Origin: Paragordius varius
Lineage: Eukaryota > Animalia > Nematomorpha
Direction of reading: 5' to 3'
Assembly: GCA_964247055.1 (NCBI GenBank)
Contig: OZ176054.1
Coordinates: 2,976,001-3,040,000, forward strand
DNA length: 64,000 bases
Shown: positions 57,190-64,000 of the stretch, piece by piece
Layout of the letters: every line of letters starts with the position of its first letter
How positions within the stretch are numbered: position 1 is the stretch's first letter
Position numbers and translations under genes: made by a program
Notes under the pieces: model-generated
Database searches by the model: none
Told to the model about the DNA's origin: nothing
The model's input: the letters and a program-made list of their open reading frames with translations, nothing else

Positions 57190-60100
57190 TTTTTAGTTAA
57201 ATTTTATAAAAATTTAATTTCGTTTATTTTTAACCCTTATACACGGAATGTGATATACATAAATGTCAGCTAATGAATAAATTATATATATATATATATA
57301 TATAAATTATATATATAAATTTAAAAATTAAAATAATGTTAGAGTATAATAGGGAAAAAAAGTTTAACGCTTTATTGGCTTTTAGAGTGTTTTAGTAACC
57401 CTAAGCATTTTATATTTAGATAATTTCGAAAATTTATAAGAAATTGGATTATCTATCCAAAAAAATATTTTACAAATGTAAAATGGTTTATGGTTGTGAC
57501 ATGAAAGCTTTAAAAAATCAGTCATTAGTGCACAAGAGAACATATTCAATTAATGACCAAGTAAAGGACAACCCTGTAAAAAACAAATCGATCAACAATT
57601 AAAATATGTTTTGACCAGTTAAATTGACACATATATATCTTAATTACTACAAAAAAAATATGCAATGTTTTTATTTATAATTTTCACTAATAACTTAAAT
57701 TTATTTATTTATTTAGATGTGTAAAAATATTTGTAACTTTTACGTTGTTTTTAATAAATTTGACTTTTAGATGCCAATAAATATCTAAACTAACTAATAT
57801 AAGTAGAAACATAAATTAGTAAGTGATTAAGAATAACAAACATATTTTTGATTACAGTAACGTATGGTAACTAACAACAAACGGTTGAAATTAAACATTT
57901 TTCTCCAATTTAACATTCATTTTGTCAAGTTAACTATGGCCAAACTTTTTTATGTGTCATACGATATTGTAAAAAAGGACAACAAAAAAGCATATTGATA
58001 AAATTTACAATTAATATATATGTGTAATTAGAGAAATTAGTTAGCCTTTTTAATATTTTGAAAGCATCCGATGTACTATAAACATTTTTTTATTAAATAA
58101 TGTATATTGTGGTCGCGTCGCAATATCAAATTAAATAACATTTTATGTTAAGTGTATCGCTTTCCAAAAAAATATTTCATAATAAATATCGAATAATAAT
58201 AATAATAATAATTTAATTGTAAACAAGTTAAAAAGTCAACACTTTATAAAAATTAATTGAATATTGGAATTGGAAAATGGATACAAACAGAAACACATAA
58301 AAATACTATAAATGCTAAAAACAATTTCTGGTGACCTATTATCAGTCCACTTATATTTATTAAAACTAAAGTAATTTCAACAATTTAAACACTAAAGTAT
58401 GTAATATGATATCAGATTCTCTACTTAATTTAAAATAATTGTGGGATAATACTTATATGTTTATATGAAGCTAAAATTGTAAAACTTGCAGAAAGTTAAA
58501 ATGTGCAGAATTTTACATTATACTAATTATAAGGCTAAATTCCATCCATTCATATGCACAATGGAAAAAAAATATAAACACAAAAATTTAAAAGAATAAC
58601 TTTAAGCCGTGAATTAAACGAGAAAATCACTGAATGCAGAAATGTTCAAAAATATCGCCAATAACCGAATATTTTAGAAAAAGTAATTTTATAATTATTA
58701 TCGGATAAAATAAATATAATTTAAGTTTGAAAATATTAAAATGAATAATAAAACAAGTAATGAATTTCTAAGGCGCCTAACCAAGTCTACCTTGTGTAAG
58801 CAAATTTTTCAATTTTTTTAGTTAATTTTAGATACATAATTTGATACATATAATATTCATGGCGCCTACATTATTGAATATAGAAGAAAAAAAACAGCAG
58901 TATTTAGCAATTAAATATGGCTGGTTTTTAGAAAAATGTATGTTAAGGGGAGGATGATTTAAGCAAAAATATGTGTATAAAAAACCACAAAGATGCTTGC
59001 TTGTTACAAATTTTTTATTTCTCTCACTCCACAAATTTAAGCAAAATATGGCTTTAAGGGTTTTTCATTTAATAATAATCGGCCCTATGAAAAAAAAGTA
59101 ATAAAAATATTGTAAATAAAAATTACAGAAAAATGGTTAGTTAAGAGCAGCATTAAAACTAATTAAAAATAATGTTTAAGCGTTTTTTAGGATAGTAGTA
59201 ATAATAACGTATAGCAAAATTTTTAATAGGTGAAAATAATGATGCAACAAAAATTTTATGGAAAAACAGATGTGTTGTGTGTAAAATACAATGTTACTAA
59301 AATTTTGGAAAAAGACAAAATATCGATAGAAAGCAGAAAAGACATTAGTGGTTTTTGTTTTTTTGTATGATATGCACATTTATTACATTATTATTTATAT
59401 TATAATAAAACCCAAAAGACATCTGTTAATAATATGCGTAAAATGTTTATCCAAAACCACGTTTTTCCCAATTTTGTAATATTATTGATATATTAAAAAG
59501 CAACAATTTTATATTGTATTACAGTTAAATGTATAGTGATTTAAAATTTGGGCATCTTGAATCTATCACAAAGTTGTAATCAATTAAAACATTGTTAGCG
59601 AAAAATAAATTTGGCAAATTTAGGACCCAAAAAGTTTATTCCAAAAAAACGCACGATGAAAACAACAACAATCAATATAAATAATTTGTGATTATATATG
59701 TATGTATTATAAACAAAATATACCTGATTTTACGAGGCGGAATGATGTGAATGATATTTAAATATATGTTAGATAGATAATTAAAACGTGGAAATTTTAA
59801 TTTTGCTTTATATACTGTGTTACAAAAATTTAAAAATAGTAGCATTATTTTATGATAATGTTAGTTAGATATTTAAGATAGATGGATATATCAAACAATC
59901 AACATGTACCTAACTACATTTTGTAAAATTTGGTATAAGGAGGCGAAAAACAAATATAACAAATTTAAGAATAAAAAAGAAGAGTGCGTATGTGTACATG
60001 TATGCATATACACTATCTTACATGAATTTGTATAGTTTTTTGCGATAGGGCAAATTAAAAAGAAAGGATTTATGTATGAAAAAAATCATTTTGCCATTTT

Positions 60101-61569
60101 TTCTGGGAATTGGATAAAAATAGATTTTACGATTAAACGTATAAACATACATATTACAAAAATAGAATGGTAGAAAGCCTCTCTCCCCCAATGGACAAAT
60201 TTACCCCTAACACTTTATAAATTTATGTGTAAGGCAGAACAAAAATGTTTTAACCATCCATAAATAAAGTAACGTAAGTCCTTATTGGTCATTTCGATAT
60301 TTTAAATGGTTAAAACGGTGATTAATTTACATATCTGTTGGCATTATATACAAGACTTTATATTTTTATTAATTACATATTAAAAATTGAAATTGTGAAG
60401 AAAAAAATACATAATATGTAAACAATAATGTTAATGTAACTGATAAAAACGAAAATTTAATTCACATTAACAGACATGCAAATTTAACTCTCTTTTAGCC
60501 AATTAAAATTGCAAAATGTCCAACAATAGCTCTCATTACTATAGCAAAAATTTACCTCATTATAAATGGCTAAACGTCGCATTGGGATTATTACTTTATT
60601 TTGTGTCAATATTAGTTATGGTGGGATGACTGCTAAAAAATTTATAAAATATTACGTAAATTTTGGTAATTTCATTGTATTCAATCTCACAATATAAATT
60701 ATTGAGGGAAAAATAAATGTTGATAACATTTTTTATATAAGATATTTCATACAAAAATTAATTAAACGAATAATATCCAGATTAATATTGATAAGAGCGT
60801 TCAATTTTATTTTTTATTATTATTTGTTAATATTATTCTACAAATTTCGAAAAAAATCGAAGATAAATATAAAAAACTTGTTATATAAACGTGCGCCGAA
60901 TACTTTAAGCGAAATATTCGACATAAAATAAAAATATTATATATCGTTGATACTTTCAAATACTGAGGTCATATAAACACGTGGTCGATCATTGGTCTCC
61001 TTATTATTGACTTTAATAATATTAACCAACTATTTTCCTCATTTACATTCAGAGAGAGCTCAATTTATATTTATGATTAATATATCCAAAAATAGCTAAT
61101 ATATAGCTTTTCTAATAAAATATTTGTTTGCCCAAGTCTGCCTCTGTTTTGTAATGCATTAATATTTTTGTAAGTTCAGTATCCACTATGTTGGCCAATT
61201 GGCAGTACAATAGTGTATAGTAAAAAGCATATTTTGCCATAATTAAATATACAAATTAAATGTTGTAATCACCATTTGTTGTTTTTTACTCACACCTTAC
61301 TGTATTGTCGATTGACCAAAATAATGTGAAGTCGTCAACAATCAAGTGGATATTGTAAATAATTTTGGGTTTCAAGTAATTCAAGTTCTTTAGTTTGTAC
61401 GAAAATTGCATTCATACACTCTTTCCCTTTAGCCAATTTATTTATTTATTTATACAACAAATCTTATTGGTTTATATGGTTCTTTAATTTAGCGCATAAA
61501 AGTACATTACTTGATGTTAACAGGTATAAAGTATTTAAGCAAGAAAAAACAAAATTTATAGTCATTTCG

Positions 61570-61990
61570 TTGGTTAAATGGTTATTCCCATGACAAATCG
61601 ACTTTTTGAATATAGTCTGCACACTGTTAACTTACATTTCCTTCTATCTTTTACCGCTATATTCGAATCTTTCAATGTCATCTTAGTTTGATCTTTTATC
61701 TTGTCTAGCCACCTCATCGGTGGTCTGGTCGGCTTCATTTTCTTTTCCCTTTTACCTTTCCAAACATTATGTCTTTTTCTCAAAGGAATTTCTGACTAAT
61801 AAAGATAGATTTTTTGTAAATTATCTTTAAAATATTTGTTTCGTCATTAATTCTATCTATCCGTGTATATCCAAGCAGCCTAGAACAGCCTTTATCAAAA
61901 ATCATTAAATTTTCCTTGATTCTTTTTTTAGAATCCAGCAAATACTTATTAATTCCCTATTCACCAATCGAAGGCTATTAAAATATGAAT
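61570..61990 (-). mobile_element. RTE/BovB-like LINE 3' fragment
   Basis: ...PTRPPMRWLDKIKDQTKMTLKDSNIAVKDRRKCKL resembles the BovB-type RTE C-terminus (RMRWLD.I.D...SL..L...V.DR..W). Confidence 0.6.
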
Positions 61991-63308
61991 CTTTATGATT
62001 ATTATCTTTGCTAAAATTATTATAAAAAGAACTGGTTGACCATTTTACTATGGATATAAAATTTGGGAATATGGAAAATGTATTTGATTACACTAATCAA
62101 AAAATTAAAATGATAATTGATTCGATAGTGTTGATAGTTAAATGCAAAAAGCTATAGTATTTATTTTGTAACTGAAAGTTAAACCGAGTAACTGTATTAA
62201 AATTTTCTTAAATAAAATTATCACAAGAGTGTCCGCCAGCTTAATGAACCACACAATTGGATTATCAGTAATATTTTTCGAAAAATCCTTGTCCGTGTTC
62301 TATAACCTCTACTTTGAAAAGAGCTTGGCCAAGTTGACAATTGTTTTAATGAATTTAATACATTTATTATAATAATTTTTAATTGTACCACTACGTCCGA
62401 AATCGGGGTGAATACAAAAATATCCTGATGAAAATTATATATATTTATCATAACTACCGAAATTGCTAATTTTTTTAATTTATTTATTGCGTTGCCAAAA
62501 TCTGGAAACTCATATTTACCTATATAATATAAAAATAAAGAGCTTAAATTATTAAATTTTTTGATGGATAAAACAGGTAAAGATGAACTTTTAGAAATAT
62601 CCAATTTAAGGATATTATTTATTATGAATTAATATTTAAGGGTCTTAAAACTCTACAACACCTAACATTCAATAGTTAATAAATCTAGACTCTAATATTA
62701 AAAAATAAATGATAAGAAAAATGATAAATATTTGATAATTTCGCTTAGATTTAATATATAATATATTTTTTAAAATTTTAAAAGTCATATTTATATGAAT
62801 TTACGAAAATTATACTAACCCGCGAACTGAACATTGGGCACCCCTGTTTAAATATTTATATAGCCAATAATTAATCGAAACAAATGACAGCTTTAAAATT
62901 TAATTAAATTTTCTGCCGGACAATTATTTTTTAATGTTTAAATTCTAGTATACGCGAGTTTGTCCAACCTAGAATTATTTTGACGTCAAAAATTATTTTT
63001 ATAATATTACATCTAATTCGGATATCGGTTTATATACTATATATAATTGCTTTGAAATAAACATTTACTACAAAAGGTAATGAATGCAGTGTTTGATAAC
63101 AGACAATTACAATTTAAAATTAAACCATTTTATGTTTTAGTAAAGCTTAAAAATTAATCATGACATTGGGCCAAATTTTAAAATTTAGATTCCGAGGCCT
63201 TTTAAGCGCATTAAAAAGTATTTAAAAAAATTAAATTAATGCTCAACTTAACCTTTTTAGCCCATTTACTTGATTAGGGTTGTGTATAGCCGTGGTCCCC
63301 AACCTTAT

Positions 63309-63640
63309 GTAACACTTGGATACAACACATTCATTTAGTCCTTCGATTCAAATTGGTGTAGTTAGATACCCCAGGCCTGTTTAAAATTAAATTCTTTGAA
63401 AAATATGGAAGGAATCGAAACCATGGCAAAATTTTGCACTTATATAACCTTAATAAACCGAAATATATAAAAAAATTCATTCAAAAATACTTGATATTAG
63501 TTATTTTAAGCTAAAACCGAAGGTAAAAATTTACTCAACGTGACATGTGTGCAATGGTAAAATTGAAAAATAATACAAAAAAACCGCTTTTTCTATTTCT
63601 ATCGATGTTAGATGTAATCCAATTTGAATCGAAATGTTAA
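63309..63640 (+). mobile_element. MITE family A copy 7, internally deleted
   Basis: Left half intact, joined directly to CCAATTTGAATCGAAATG-TTAA. Confidence 0.85.
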
Positions 63641-64000
63641 TTCAGGCTACCATTTGAAAATAAAAATTCTTGCCCCCTCACCTACTCCCAAAAAATCCAA
63701 GATAAACAAGTAAAATTTATTATATAATTTTAAAAATCCCAATCATGAGATCCTTGCTGAAATATATTTTCATATCGGTGACAAATCTTGATAGTCTGCA
63801 CCTGAGATCCTCATTAATCTTCAATTTTTATTTTTAAATTAAATTTTCCAAATTTTTCGCGCCTCCCCTTAATTTTTATACGTCCTTGGGCGGAGCTTTG
63901 CCTCCTTTTGGGACCCACTAAGCATAATTAAGTATTAAATAATATGCATTTAATCATATTTTGACCGCAATATTCTTTTATTAAGATCAGTTGTTTCATT

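Noticed and set aside
59230-59400. RCVVC...CMIC cysteine pattern resembling a piggyBac CRD
   Set aside because: Interrupted by stops, with no supporting upstream transposase similarity.
62221-62604. 127-aa minus-strand ORF
   Set aside because: No recognisable domain or splice context; may be chance or TE debris.

Overview
Very AT-rich animal (metazoan) genomic DNA in the standard genetic code; the species cannot be determined from the sequence. The left third is compact gene space: the 3' exons of an unidentified + strand gene, CDK1 (-, 8 exons, 300 aa), MCCC2 (+, 15 exons, 559 aa) and an intronless NAA80-like actin N-acetyltransferase (-). These genes mix multi-kb introns with ultra-short 22-28 nt GT-AG introns at conserved positions. 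An MCCC2 intron holds a perfect 212-bp inverted repeat with a minimal hammerhead ribozyme in each arm. From ~17.55 to ~47.06 kb lies a ~29.5 kb imperfect palindrome. Its outer arms carry a divergent class B (secretin-family, CRF/DH44-receptor-like) GPCR gene (-, ~43.7-53.2 kb, ~1,110 aa) and a disabled mirror copy. Its core is a head-to-head/tail-to-tail array of ~9 copies of an unrecognised, mostly decayed micro-intron gene. Later insertions include a hAT-Blackjack element with an internal inverted transposase copy near the main axis, a modular foldback element, a Ty3/gypsy 3' fragment and many MITEs (7 copies of a TTAA/piggyBac-type family). The last ~10 kb is mostly AT-rich intergenic DNA with TE debris. 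All coordinates were read by hand; TE and homology boundaries are approximate.
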